Virus record (IMG/VR): IMGVR_UViG_3300020045_006464
Coordinates: 1-24,335 of that record
DNA length: 24,335 nt
Origin: a virus
Taxonomy: Duplodnaviria > Caudoviricetes
Reading direction: 5' to 3' (one strand)
The notes under the pieces were generated by a model. That model saw only the letters and a program-made list of their open reading frames with translations, was not told the DNA's origin and did not search any database. Below, one piece after another: positions 1 through 8,614 of the stretch (position 1 is the stretch's first letter; each line of letters starts with the position of its first letter). The position numbers and the translations under genes were made by a program.

Positions 1-49
1 ACAACCCACCGCCACCGCTTAACAATGTGGCGGGTTAAAAAAGTAAAGT

Positions 50-325
50 ATGTACGATATCGATTTTTCCAAACTATACACGGTTGAAAGAATGGCGCAT
101 TTGCTAAATTTAACAAAGGTAGCTATTCAATACCGAATCAAACAAAAGTTTCTTAATCCCGACGCTATTAAAGGAAATGTTCATTATTACAATGAGAATG
201 ATTTTTCAATTATTAGAAACTTTAATAGCGTTGCGGTTAACAAAAACAAATTAGTGCCTTTTGAGGTAATCTACGTAACACAAACTTATCACATTTATAA
301 TAGCAAAATGAATTATGAAAACTAA
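50..325 (+). CDS. Small putative HTH DNA-binding protein
   Basis: N-terminus LYTVERMAHLLNLTKVAIQYRIK resembles a MerR/excisionase-like HTH; overlaps the next ORF. Confidence 0.5.
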   Translation: MYDIDFSKLYTVERMAHLLNLTKVAIQYRIKQKFLNPDAIKGNVHYYNENDFSIIRNFNSVAVNKNKLVPFEVIYVTQTYHIYNSKMNYEN

Positions 326-521
326 ACCCGACAAAACCATTCACGAAATCAACCAAGAACTAAAAGTAAAAGCTAAAAAATCAGCTTTGAAATATAGTGA
401 AATTGAAAAAATACGAACTAATAACGGTGCGGTTTGGATGCAATCGCCCGATGGTAAAACACGCATTCACACTAAACGAGTAAATGAATTTTTAAAAGAG
501 GGGTTTAAATTATGCAACTAA
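315..521 (+). CDS. Hypothetical phage protein
   Basis: 68 aa ORF overlapping both neighbours. Confidence 0.55.
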   Translation: MKTKPDKTIHEINQELKVKAKKSALKYSEIEKIRTNNGAVWMQSPDGKTRIHTKRVNEFLKEGFKLCN

Positions 522-1171
522 CAGATAAAATTACGATTACCAACGAAGACAATATGCTACTAATGGCGCGTTATCCAGATAACTACTTTGACTTAGCGAT
601 TGTTGACCCGCCTTACGGGATTGATGCTGATGTTAAAAACTCACAAAATAAAGTTCAAACAAAAAAATCAGCAACCAAATCTAAGAAATACGGTTCTCAA
701 TTATGGGATTCAGATATTCCTTCAGATGAGTATTTTGATGAGTTAAAAAGAGTTAGTAAAAGGCAAATTATTTGGGGTGCTAATTATTTTGGATTAGTTG
801 GTGGTATGATTTATTGGCACAAAAATGTAACTATGCCTACTTATAGCACAGGCGAACTTGCGTGGGTAAGTTGGATGAATAAATTAGATTTTGTTGATAT
901 AGCGTGGCACGGGATGATTCAACACGATATGAGCAACAAAGAAACTCGAATACACCCAACACAAAAACCAATTAAGCTATACAAATGGATTATCGACAAA
1001 TACGCCAAACCAAACGACAAAATACTCGACACCCATCTAGGTAGCGGTTCAATTGCTATCGCTTGCCACGATTACGGTTTTGAATTAACGGCTTGTGAAT
1101 TAGATAAAGAGTATTTTGATAAGGCAGTACAACGAATACAAAACCACGTTAGTCAACAAAAATTATTCTAA
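512..1171 (+). CDS. Orphan beta-class N4/N6 DNA methyltransferase
   Basis: Catalytic DPPY precedes HPTQKP and SAM-binding ILDTHLGSGS. Confidence 0.93.
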   Translation: MQLTDKITITNEDNMLLMARYPDNYFDLAIVDPPYGIDADVKNSQNKVQTKKSATKSKKYGSQLWDSDIPSDEYFDELKRVSKRQIIWGANYFGLVGGMIYWHKNVTMPTYSTGELAWVSWMNKLDFVDIAWHGMIQHDMSNKETRIHPTQKPIKLYKWIIDKYAKPNDKILDTHLGSGSIAIACHDYGFELTACELDKEYFDKAVQRIQNHVSQQKLF

Positions 1172-1239
1172 TTTAGAACCATTCCAAACCCCAACTAAAA
1201 AATAATTTGTAAATTTATTAATAATTAAAATAGAGAAAA
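1019..1239 (+). repeat. Inverted anchor A, left copy (partner 23059-23279)
   Basis: 221 bp with 8 mismatches, all synonymous third positions; 1136-1239 identical; covers MTase 3' end and intergenic region. Confidence 0.97.
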
Positions 1240-1240
1240 G

Positions 1241-1483
1241 ATGAGAAATCAAAATCAAACGTACAGAAAAGTTTATGAAAATGGGATTTTACAAAATCCA
1301 ATTACAAAAGAAAATCCATTCGTTAGTGGTTCAAGAGCCGACAAACGAAAGTTAAGAAAGTCAAACAACCGAAAGGGCAACGGATTAGTTGTGGCGAAAG
1401 TAGGCGCTTTATCATTTGCAAAGTACCGAGTAGTTAAACAACAAGTTAAAGGCGGTTTAGTTGTTAATTCAATTTTGGTTTAA
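1241..1483 (+). CDS. Hypothetical basic protein
   Basis: 80 aa ORF with A-rich leader before ATG. Confidence 0.6.
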   Translation: MRNQNQTYRKVYENGILQNPITKENPFVSGSRADKRKLRKSNNRKGNGLVVAKVGALSFAKYRVVKQQVKGGLVVNSILV

Positions 1484-1485
1484 CT

Positions 1486-1662
1486 ATGAAAAACTTCAAC
1501 AACTTTCACGAGTTCTGCCAATTTTACGATGGCATTGATTTTTACAATCAGAAAGGAAATATAGTTTACAAGTACATTGTTTATTGGAGTGGATTAAACC
1601 ACATCGAAATTGAAAAGAAATACATTAAAAAACAAAGACCGCCAATAAGACTTAATTATTAA
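1486..1662 (+). CDS. Hypothetical protein, 58 aa (MKNFNNFHEFCQFYDG...), not in ORF track
   Basis: Manual translation; exactly fills the gap between neighbours. Confidence 0.55.
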   Translation: MKNFNNFHEFCQFYDGIDFYNQKGNIVYKYIVYWSGLNHIEIEKKYIKKQRPPIRLNY

Positions 1663-1670
1663 AAAGTAAA

Positions 1671-1895
1671 ATGAGCGCAAGTAAGGAATATTTTTTAAAG
1701 TTATCAGAGCAATCATACAATGAACTTTCAAATGATGAAAAACTTTATTTGAATCGTTTAGGAATGGAAGTAAGACAACTGCCAACTCCCGAAGATTTGA
1801 ATGATGAAAACTATAAAAAAGTTCGGAATCATAGAATTGAAGCGTGGAACGCTGAACAAAAATATTTGTTTGAAAAGCGTAATATTAAAAAGTAA
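1671..1895 (+). CDS. Hypothetical phage protein
   Basis: 74 aa ORF in operon context. Confidence 0.65.
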   Translation: MSASKEYFLKLSEQSYNELSNDEKLYLNRLGMEVRQLPTPEDLNDENYKKVRNHRIEAWNAEQKYLFEKRNIKK

Positions 1896-1900
1896 TTTTG

Positions 1901-1908
1901 TATATTTG
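1901..1908 (+). promoter_or_regulatory. Bacteroidota -7 promoter element
   Basis: TATATTTG matches TAnnTTTG, intergenic, upstream of ERF gene. Confidence 0.65.
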
Positions 1909-1921
1909 TTTTATCATAAAA

Positions 1922-2017
1922 ACATCACTGGTACTGATGTAGTAAAAAACACAAATAGGCTAATTTTGAAAGTAAGATGTACCAGACTTACGAGTAGAAG
2001 TTAGCCGTATTTTTTTT
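1922..2017 (+). promoter_or_regulatory. Structured leader 1 (kissing-loop/attenuator-like)
   Basis: ACATCA-[CTGGTAC]-TGATGT hairpin; long hairpin 1958-2006 with apical loop containing GTACCAG; T tract 2010-2017. Confidence 0.7.
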
Positions 2018-2021
2018 AAAT

Positions 2022-2678
2022 ATGAGTATTTACAACAAACTTCACTCAATCCAAGCGCAAGTTTTAGGATTAGGAAAAGACAAAGATGGTAGCGGTTACA
2101 GATACGTTACGGGGAGTAAGGTTTTAGACCACATTAAACCATTAATGAATAAAGAGGGTTTATTGTTAAAACAAGAAATTTTATCAATTGACAACGAAAG
2201 ACAAGATTACAAAGTATCTTTAAACGAAAACAAAGAAACAAAAGTTTGGCACGGAAAACCAAAAAGCGAAATCTTATCTAAAGTAATGATGCGTTTCACG
2301 TGGATTGATATTGATACGGGAGAAAAAGACGAAAACCTATTTGGTGCTAACGGTCAAAACGATTGGGATAAAGGCGTAGGAAGTGCGCTAACTTATGCAG
2401 AAAGATATTTTTTATTAAAGTACTTTCATATTTCTACTGACGAAGACGACATCGACAACCCAGAACGCAAAGCAGAGGAGCTAAAAGAGCAACAAGAAAA
2501 AGAACTCGCTCAAAAGTTAGAAAATGAAAGACTAACACAAATTAATAAAGATTTGGTAAAGTGTAAAACCGAAGAAGACTTAAAAACTAAATATTTAGCA
2601 CTTACACCCGAAGACCAAAAAATATTCGGTAAATTAGTAACAGAATTGAAATTAAAAATTAACGAACCAAAAAAATAA
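2022..2678 (+). CDS. erf: ERF-family single-strand annealing protein
   Basis: ERF signature GSALTYAERYFL followed by acidic EDDID. Confidence 0.9.
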   Translation: MSIYNKLHSIQAQVLGLGKDKDGSGYRYVTGSKVLDHIKPLMNKEGLLLKQEILSIDNERQDYKVSLNENKETKVWHGKPKSEILSKVMMRFTWIDIDTGEKDENLFGANGQNDWDKGVGSALTYAERYFLLKYFHISTDEDDIDNPERKAEELKEQQEKELAQKLENERLTQINKDLVKCKTEEDLKTKYLALTPEDQKIFGKLVTELKLKINEPKK

Positions 2679-2680
2679 TT

Positions 2681-3055
2681 ATGGAAGTACAAGGCAAAAT
2701 AAAAGCTATCAACGCTACACAACAAGTAAGCGCATCATTTAAAAAAAGAGAATTAGTAGTAACTACCCAAGACGAATACCCACAACACATTTTAATCGAA
2801 TTTACACAAGATAAATGCGATATTTTAGACAACTATTCAGTTGGTCAAGAAGTAACCGTAGGTATTAATTTACGAGGTCGAGAGTGGGTTAATCCACAAG
2901 GTGAAACAAAGTATTTTAACTCTATTCAAGGGTGGAGAATTGAGAAAGCGCAACAAGGCGAACTATCAAACCAAATGCCACCGATACCATCGGCACAAGC
3001 ATTTGCACCAGCTACAGACTACAACGAAGAAGAACACGACGATTTACCGTTTTAG
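2681..3055 (+). CDS. DUF3127-type SSB-like OB-fold protein
   Basis: FKKRELVV...YPQ...INLRGREW...YFNSIQGWRIE and acidic DDLPF tail. Confidence 0.85.
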   Translation: MEVQGKIKAINATQQVSASFKKRELVVTTQDEYPQHILIEFTQDKCDILDNYSVGQEVTVGINLRGREWVNPQGETKYFNSIQGWRIEKAQQGELSNQMPPIPSAQAFAPATDYNEEEHDDLPF

Positions 3056-3058
3056 AAA

Positions 3059-3217
3059 ATGCTTGAAGTCGAAGTAGTTAAATTTGACAGAAAAACAAAC
3101 AATCCAATTGCAAAAAAGACAATGCTTTTAAGTGATTGGATTATATTTAAAAAGTTTACAAAAGACTTTTATTATAAAGCCTATCAAATTGGTTTTTGTG
3201 AAATAAAAATAGAATAA
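3059..3217 (+). CDS. Hypothetical protein, 52 aa (MLEVEVVKFDRK...), not in ORF track
   Basis: Manual translation; starts 3 nt after the upstream stop. Confidence 0.55.
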   Translation: MLEVEVVKFDRKTNNPIAKKTMLLSDWIIFKKFTKDFYYKAYQIGFCEIKIE

Positions 3218-3221
3218 CGCA

Positions 3222-3250
3222 TTGTTATTTGAATTAATTTATTATATTTG
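3222..3250 (+). promoter_or_regulatory. Bacteroidota promoter (-33 TTG, -7 TATATTTG)
   Basis: TTG 3222-3224, 18 nt spacer, TATATTTG 3243-3250. Confidence 0.7.
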
Positions 3251-3340
3251 CTGTACCTCTCACAGTATTTAAAAATATTAAACGACCGTTACAGGATTTG
3301 AGAGGTGAGAGGCTCAATGATTGTAGCGGTTTTCGTTTTT
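3251..3340 (+). promoter_or_regulatory. Structured leader 2 (kissing-loop/attenuator-like)
   Basis: CCTCTCAC 3256-3263 complementary to loop GTGAGAGG 3305-3312 of long hairpin 3280-3338; T-rich 3' side. Confidence 0.7.
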
Positions 3341-3344
3341 AGTT

Positions 3345-3971
3345 ATGGCTCAAAATAAAAAATCTTTCGTTTTATATGCTGACTTAATAAAAAGCATTGA
3401 CCATTTAACACTTGAAGAAAAAGGAATGTTATTTCAACATTTGCTCGAGTATGTTAATGATTTAAACCCAATATTAACTGACAGACTTTTAATAACTGCG
3501 TGGAAGCCAATTGAACTGCAATTGAAAAGAGATTTAGTTAAATTTGAAGAAGTTAAGCTAAAAAGAAGTGATGCTGGTAAGCGTTCCGCGGAATCAAGAG
3601 CAAAGAAATCAGAAGAACAAAATTCAACAAATCCAACAAGTGTTGAAAGTGTTGAACAAACATCAACAAATCCAACTGATAATGTAAATGATAATGATAT
3701 TGATAATGTAAATGATACTGTAATAAATAATAAAAACGATTTATTTTATTTAGATTTGGTTAATTCTGAAATGTGGTTACAAGGTTGTGCAATGAATAAT
3801 ACTCCTAAGTTTAATTTAATTCAGGTAAAAGAAAAGCTACTTGCATTTAAAACCGACTTAAATTTAAAATTTGACTATAAAAAAAATAAAGCTGAATTTA
3901 GTTCGCATTTTATAAATTGGTTAAATCAACAAAAAAACGAAAAGAAAACAAATTATATATCTCCAGCATAA
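3345..3971 (+). CDS. Phage replication initiator (DUF6291-like N-terminus)
   Basis: KKSFVLY...LTLEEKGMLF N-terminus, RSDAGKRSA, repeat-rich DN linker, position before the helicase gene. Confidence 0.75.
   Translation: MAQNKKSFVLYADLIKSIDHLTLEEKGMLFQHLLEYVNDLNPILTDRLLITAWKPIELQLKRDLVKFEEVKLKRSDAGKRSAESRAKKSEEQNSTNPTSVESVEQTSTNPTDNVNDNDIDNVNDTVINNKNDLFYLDLVNSEMWLQGCAMNNTPKFNLIQVKEKLLAFKTDLNLKFDYKKNKAEFSSHFINWLNQQKNEKKTNYISPA
3624..3717. repeat. Iteron-like repeats inside initiator gene (putative origin 1)
   Basis: TCAACAAATCCAAC x2 (3624, 3663), AAGTGTTGAA x2 (3638, 3647), TGATAATGTAAATGATA x2 (3677, 3701), then AT-rich DNA. Confidence 0.55.
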
Positions 3972-5770
3972 TGGCAAATATTCAAAATTGGGATTTATTA
4001 GAATTACGCAAAACAAACGGACACGAAAAAATAAAGTGTCCTGTTTGTACCGATACACGTAAAAACAAGAACGACAAAAGTCTTTCGGTTTGGCACAATA
4101 ACGGAACTGCAAAATGTTTTAACGACGGTTGTAACGCTTTGTTTTTTCGTGATAGTGTACAAAAATCAATTATTCAAAGTAATTACACCTTGCCAAGTCA
4201 GGAATGGAGAAACTACACTAACTTATCTGATTCGATGGTTAAATGGTGTGAAGAAAAAAGGAAAATCAATCAATTTACTTTAAAACATTTTAATATTACC
4301 GAAGAAAAATATTATCAACCATCGCTTAATAAAGAGGTTACAAACATTGTATTTAATTATTTTGAAAGTGATACGCTGGTAAATAAAAAGTACCGTTCAG
4401 GCGATAAGAAATTTACACAATCAAAAAACGGAAAGCCAATATTTTATAATATTAATTCAATTATTGGAGAAACCGAAGCGTACATAGTTGAGGGAGAATT
4501 TGATGTTTTGGCTTTTTATGAAATAGGAATAGCCAATGTTATTTCAATTCCAAACGGAGCAAACGACAACGATAACTATTGGTTAAATTCTGAAAAGTAC
4601 ATCAAAGATATTAAAAAATTCTACATAGCAACAGATAACGACGAAAGTGGTAATAATGTAGCTGAAAAGATAGTTCAACGTTTAGGGCGTTGGCGTTGTG
4701 AAAGAGTTATTTTTGATGGTAAAGATGCAAACGATGATTTAATTAGTGGTGTTTTAAACAAAAGTATTTACAATCGAAAAAAGTACCCAATTAGTGGAAC
4801 TTTTACAAGTGAAGATTTACTCGAAAAAATGATTGAACTTCATAACAACGGATTACCGAATTGTCTAGAATTTAAAAATCCAACTTTGCAACCGTTGAAC
4901 AATATTTTTAAACTAATGTTTGGTCATTTGTGTATTGGTACGGGTATACCATCACACGGAAAATCCAATTTTACTGAATGGATGGTTTTAAACTACCTGC
5001 TTGAGAATGATTTAAAAGCGAGTTTCTTTTCACCTGAACATCAACCAATGGAATTACACTATTCTACATTTGTTCAAAAAGTAGTTGGTAAAAATTACTT
5101 CTACGAAATAAATGGAACTCCAAGAGTAAGTAAAGGCGAAATTATGCAGTTTCATAATTGGGCAAATCAGAAACTTTATTTAACCAGCCCCGAAGTTGGG
5201 GAATATGCAAATTGGGATTGGTTATTTGATAAATTTAAAGAGCAGTTAGTTTCATTTGGTATAAATATTTTTGTAGTTGATGCGTGGAACAAAGTTGAGT
5301 TCAATAATAATAAACCTGAAAGAGAAAACATCGGGCGTATTTTATCGAGACTTACACAATTTGCCCAGCAAAATAATGTTTTGATAATTGTTATCGCACA
5401 CCCTACAAAAATGAAACGTGAAAACGGAGTTTATGAATCTCCAACTTTATACGATGTTTCAGGTAGCGCAGATTTTAGAAATCAAACTCACGATGGATTT
5501 TGTATTTATAGATATTTTGAAAACGATGGATATACTTATTTTAAAAACTTAAAAACAAAATATTCGTTTCAGGGCGATATAGGCGCTCAAGTTGATTTTG
5601 ATTATCATATACCAAGCGGAAGATATTATTTGAGACACGGGCAACCACAAGATTATAATTTACTTGAAAAAATGAAACAAGATGAATTATTTGATGATGA
5701 AAAAGAAATGATTTTAATAAACCCAAATGAAGCGTTTGGAAATGATGATGATAGTGATGTTCCTTTTTAA
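3971..5770 (+). CDS. T7 gp4/Twinkle-like primase-helicase
   Basis: Cys4 zinc finger, TOPRIM (VEGEFD, TDND), SF4 Walker A GIPSHGKS, IAHPTK, VSGSA; likely start ATG 3971 overlapping the upstream stop. Confidence 0.92.
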   Translation: MANIQNWDLLELRKTNGHEKIKCPVCTDTRKNKNDKSLSVWHNNGTAKCFNDGCNALFFRDSVQKSIIQSNYTLPSQEWRNYTNLSDSMVKWCEEKRKINQFTLKHFNITEEKYYQPSLNKEVTNIVFNYFESDTLVNKKYRSGDKKFTQSKNGKPIFYNINSIIGETEAYIVEGEFDVLAFYEIGIANVISIPNGANDNDNYWLNSEKYIKDIKKFYIATDNDESGNNVAEKIVQRLGRWRCERVIFDGKDANDDLISGVLNKSIYNRKKYPISGTFTSEDLLEKMIELHNNGLPNCLEFKNPTLQPLNNIFKLMFGHLCIGTGIPSHGKSNFTEWMVLNYLLENDLKASFFSPEHQPMELHYSTFVQKVVGKNYFYEINGTPRVSKGEIMQFHNWANQKLYLTSPEVGEYANWDWLFDKFKEQLVSFGINIFVVDAWNKVEFNNNKPERENIGRILSRLTQFAQQNNVLIIVIAHPTKMKRENGVYESPTLYDVSGSADFRNQTHDGFCIYRYFENDGYTYFKNLKTKYSFQGDIGAQVDFDYHIPSGRYYLRHGQPQDYNLLEKMKQDELFDDEKEMILINPNEAFGNDDDSDVPF

Positions 5771-5912
5771 ACCTGAATATAATTTATTACTTAGTTATTA
5801 CGAAAGGCAATGCGAGTATTTTATAAATGGTTTTATTGATTACAACACATTTGAAAAACTTGAAAAAGAATATTTTAAAAAGAAAAAATTATTTACTATT
5901 AATTTAAACTAA
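5757..5912 (+). CDS. Hypothetical protein
   Basis: Short ORF; probable start ATG 5757. Confidence 0.45.
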   Translation: MFLFKPEYNLLLSYYERQCEYFINGFIDYNTFEKLEKEYFKKKKLFTINLN

Positions 5913-5918
5913 AAACCA

Positions 5919-6224
5919 ATGAGACCACAATTTAAAACAATCAAATCAAAAGTTAAACAAATTTTAACTGACCACAAAGAAACAAGAGACGACAACGCAA
6001 AATTAATTCACATATATTACATAGATTATTGTGACATAGAATTATACACAAGCTACGTTAAATTTATAGATAGGTTAATCCGAAAAGAAATACCATCAAT
6101 CGAAACGTTAACAAGGTTGAGCCGACAAGTTCAAGAGCAAAATCCTGAACTTCGTGGCGAAAAGTGGCGACTAAGAAAAACAGTAAAAACAGAAATAGCA
6201 AAAAAGGATTTAGGATATAAATAA
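5919..6224 (+). CDS. Hypothetical phage protein
   Basis: 101 aa ORF in operon context. Confidence 0.7.
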   Translation: MRPQFKTIKSKVKQILTDHKETRDDNAKLIHIYYIDYCDIELYTSYVKFIDRLIRKEIPSIETLTRLSRQVQEQNPELRGEKWRLRKTVKTEIAKKDLGYK

Positions 6225-6232
6225 AAATAATT

Positions 6233-6469
6233 ATGAAAGACGCTTTAAACAACGAAATAATATTCGGTAACAAATACGGATATTCAAGAAATCAAAACGG
6301 TTTCACTTATGTTAGGTTAGGTTTAGTAACAAATAGCACACCAAAAGGAATGGTTACAATGGAGGTTTATTCTTCAAAATATGCTTTGTATAATGATGAA
6401 TTAACCGAAGATGTTTTCTTAATTCAAAGAAAAATAACCATAAAACCAAATATGTTATTTCCGATATGA
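6233..6469 (+). CDS. Hypothetical phage protein
   Basis: 78 aa ORF with ATGA overlap to the next gene. Confidence 0.65.
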   Translation: MKDALNNEIIFGNKYGYSRNQNGFTYVRLGLVTNSTPKGMVTMEVYSSKYALYNDELTEDVFLIQRKITIKPNMLFPI

Positions 6470-6879
6470 AACTACTTGTAATAAAAACACCTCGCGGACT
6501 TTTGCCTGTTTACGATTCCGATATGGAAATCTACTCTAAAATTCCAATGAATAAAGAATTTGAAATAGAGTATGTAAAAAAAAGAAATTTGAAGTTTCAC
6601 AAAAAATACTTTGCTCTTTTGAAATTAGCATTTGAAAACCAATCAGATTACAGATTATTAGAAGACCTTAGACGTGATGTAATTATAACGGCTGGTTGGT
6701 ATGATGAAACAGTTAGCGTAATTACTGGAGAAGTTTTAAAAGTAGCCAAATCAATTTCATTCGCTCAAATGGATGAAGTAGAGTTTAGCCAACTCTACGA
6801 AAAAACAAAAGACGTAATTAGTCGATGGTTGGGAATTGATAATGAAACAATCGATAATGAAATAATGCAATTTTTCTAA
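6466..6879 (+). CDS. DUF1367-family (NinB/Orf-like) protein
   Basis: RNLKFHKKYFALL, AGWY, KSISFAQMDEVEFSQLY. Confidence 0.85.
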   Translation: MKLLVIKTPRGLLPVYDSDMEIYSKIPMNKEFEIEYVKKRNLKFHKKYFALLKLAFENQSDYRLLEDLRRDVIITAGWYDETVSVITGEVLKVAKSISFAQMDEVEFSQLYEKTKDVISRWLGIDNETIDNEIMQFF

Positions 6880-7523
6880 TGAAAGAACCAAAAAACAAAA
6901 ACTGTATCGAGTGCGGAAATCTATTTTTGCAGTATAACTCATTGGTTAAAGTTTGTTCTACTAAATGCGCTATTGAACACGCTAAAAAGAAAACTAAAAA
7001 ACAATCGCAAAAAGATTGGTCAAAAGAAAAAAAGGAACTGAAACAAAAACTAATGACTTTAACAGATTGGCAAAAGCTACTTGAAAAAGAAATTAATCAT
7101 ATCGCAAGGTTAATTGATTTTGGTAGCGGTTGCATAAGTTGCGGTGGTCACACAACACCCAGCGGAGGTCACTACCATAGCGTAAAGTCAAACGGAAGTA
7201 TTCGCTTTAATTTAGATAATATTCATTTACAAGACTATCACTGCAATGTTGAGAAGTCGGCAAACCTACATAACTACGATTTAGGCTTAATTGACAGGTA
7301 TGGTAAAGAATATTGGGAGTATGTGAAGTTTGACATCGTTCGCTTATTTCCGTTGCTTAAAATGGCTAAAAATGATTATTCACAAAAAATAAAAACAGCA
7401 CGTTCAATTGTCAAACATTTAAAACTTGAAAATAAAACCTACAATACAACTGAAAGATTAGAGTTAAGAAAAAAGTTTAACGCTATGATAGGAATATACA
7501 AGGCGGATTCACTTTACTTTTAG
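6879..7523 (+). CDS. ninG: NinG/Rap-like recombination endonuclease
   Basis: CxxC...CSxxCA, CISCG, GHYHS, RFNLDNIHLQ..CN. Confidence 0.85.
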   Translation: MKEPKNKNCIECGNLFLQYNSLVKVCSTKCAIEHAKKKTKKQSQKDWSKEKKELKQKLMTLTDWQKLLEKEINHIARLIDFGSGCISCGGHTTPSGGHYHSVKSNGSIRFNLDNIHLQDYHCNVEKSANLHNYDLGLIDRYGKEYWEYVKFDIVRLFPLLKMAKNDYSQKIKTARSIVKHLKLENKTYNTTERLELRKKFNAMIGIYKADSLYF

Positions 7524-7548
7524 ATTGCTATGATAAGGTTAGTTTTGG
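7502..7548 (+). repeat. Inverted anchor A2, left copy (partner 16160-16206)
   Basis: 47/47 bp identical in inverted orientation. Confidence 0.95.
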
Positions 7549-7576
7549 AAATATAATAACTTAAAAAATAAATAAA

Positions 7577-7777
7577 ATGACAAACAAACAAATTAAAAAC
7601 AAGCTAATAGAAGCTGGTTTAAAAAACTTACACGATTTTGGTTATGAATACGCAACCAAAGAAAACATTTTAACCGATGAAATTTATAGTAAATTTTTCA
7701 AATCTATGCTTTATGATAATTTAGGTCACGACGATAAAATAGATATTGCTATAAATGAATTATTGACTGTTATTTAG
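7577..7777 (+). CDS. Hypothetical phage protein
   Basis: 66 aa ORF between anchors A2 and B. Confidence 0.65.
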   Translation: MTNKQIKNKLIEAGLKNLHDFGYEYATKENILTDEIYSKFFKSMLYDNLGHDDKIDIAINELLTVI

Positions 7778-7803
7778 AATTTGTATAAATAACGGTTGGG
7801 TGT
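7769..7803 (+). repeat. Inverted anchor B, left copy (partner 16121-16155); internal palindrome
   Basis: 34/35 bp identical; GTTATTTA-N9-TAAATAAC. Confidence 0.93.
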
Positions 7804-7846
7804 TAAAATAGTTAATATAAATTAAAATTAATTAAAAAGTATTTTG

Positions 7847-7854
7847 TAGATTTG
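7847..7854 (+). promoter_or_regulatory. Bacteroidota -7 promoter element
   Basis: TAGATTTG in an AT-rich intergenic region. Confidence 0.55.
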
Positions 7855-7877
7855 TTGAAACTTTAAAAATATAGATT

Positions 7878-8108
7878 ATGTTTAACACCACATCAAATAA
7901 AACAACAATTAACAATCCCGCTACTGGAATTATTCAACGTTCAAATGAAAAATCTTATTTTTTAACTTTTCAAAGAGGTAGTAGTTTAGAAGATAAGATT
8001 TTTTCAGACAACCCAAAACATAAAGACAAAGAAGTTTCTGTTTTACAAGCTTTATTAATGGATGGTCAATGGCTTTTATGTGAATTAGTTTTAAAATCAG
8101 ATTTATAA
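7878..8108 (+). CDS. Hypothetical protein
   Basis: 76 aa ORF after promoter motif. Confidence 0.6.
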   Translation: MFNTTSNKTTINNPATGIIQRSNEKSYFLTFQRGSSLEDKIFSDNPKHKDKEVSVLQALLMDGQWLLCELVLKSDL

Positions 8109-8112
8109 AATT

Positions 8113-8286
8113 ATGCAAGAAAATAAAAAACCAACAGTTGGAAGACCATCGCAAAAAGATAAAGAGGTGTTGTTAATTCAAGTTAGATACCCTGATGGAA
8201 GAAAGTCAAACAACAAAACATTTAGAGCAACAACCTTTGATTTTGATAAGGTTGTGGATGGGGTAAAGGAATTAATTAAAGAGTAG
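8113..8286 (+). CDS. Hypothetical protein, 57 aa (MQENKKPTVGRPSQK...), not in ORF track
   Basis: Manual translation; fills gap; GRP motif. Confidence 0.6.
   Translation: MQENKKPTVGRPSQKDKEVLLIQVRYPDGRKSNNKTFRATTFDFDKVVDGVKELIKE
8231..8286 (+). repeat. Inverted anchor C, left copy (partner 15737-15792)
   Basis: 55/56 bp identical; ends at the stop codon of 8113-8286. Confidence 0.95.
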
Positions 8287-8334
8287 CGGAACCCGAAAAG
8301 CTAAAGAGTAGGGAAAATATAAATATATAAAATT

Positions 8335-8610
8335 ATGTACACATTAAGAAAAATTACGAGTAAAAAAGTTGAGTTCAACCAAAGTTTAGGATTAAGTTAT
8401 TCTGTTTTTAAAAAACAAAGTAATGAAGATGCTTTTTTAAAAATGTACATTGACTTTTTTCAATTAGAAAAAGAAAAAAAAGTTGATGTAGGCACTTGTT
8501 ATGCTTTTGTCGTTTCAGAAAATGCAAAAGAAACATATCCTTTATTCAAAGATGAAAAAAATTATATAGTGAACAGCGATGGAAAAACTTTTTCTAATTT
8601 AACTTATTAA
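8335..8610 (+). CDS. Hypothetical phage protein
   Basis: 91 aa ORF. Confidence 0.65.
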   Translation: MYTLRKITSKKVEFNQSLGLSYSVFKKQSNEDAFLKMYIDFFQLEKEKKVDVGTCYAFVVSENAKETYPLFKDEKNYIVNSDGKTFSNLTY

Positions 8611-8614
8611 AAAA

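Noticed and set aside
9-33. Hairpin CCGCCAC/GTGGCGG as a terminator or fourth leader
   Set aside because: It lies at the window edge, is followed by an A tract rather than a T tract on the plus strand, and no partner loop is visible.
512-1171. Restriction-modification system
   Set aside because: No adjacent restriction endonuclease; orphan methyltransferases are common in phages.
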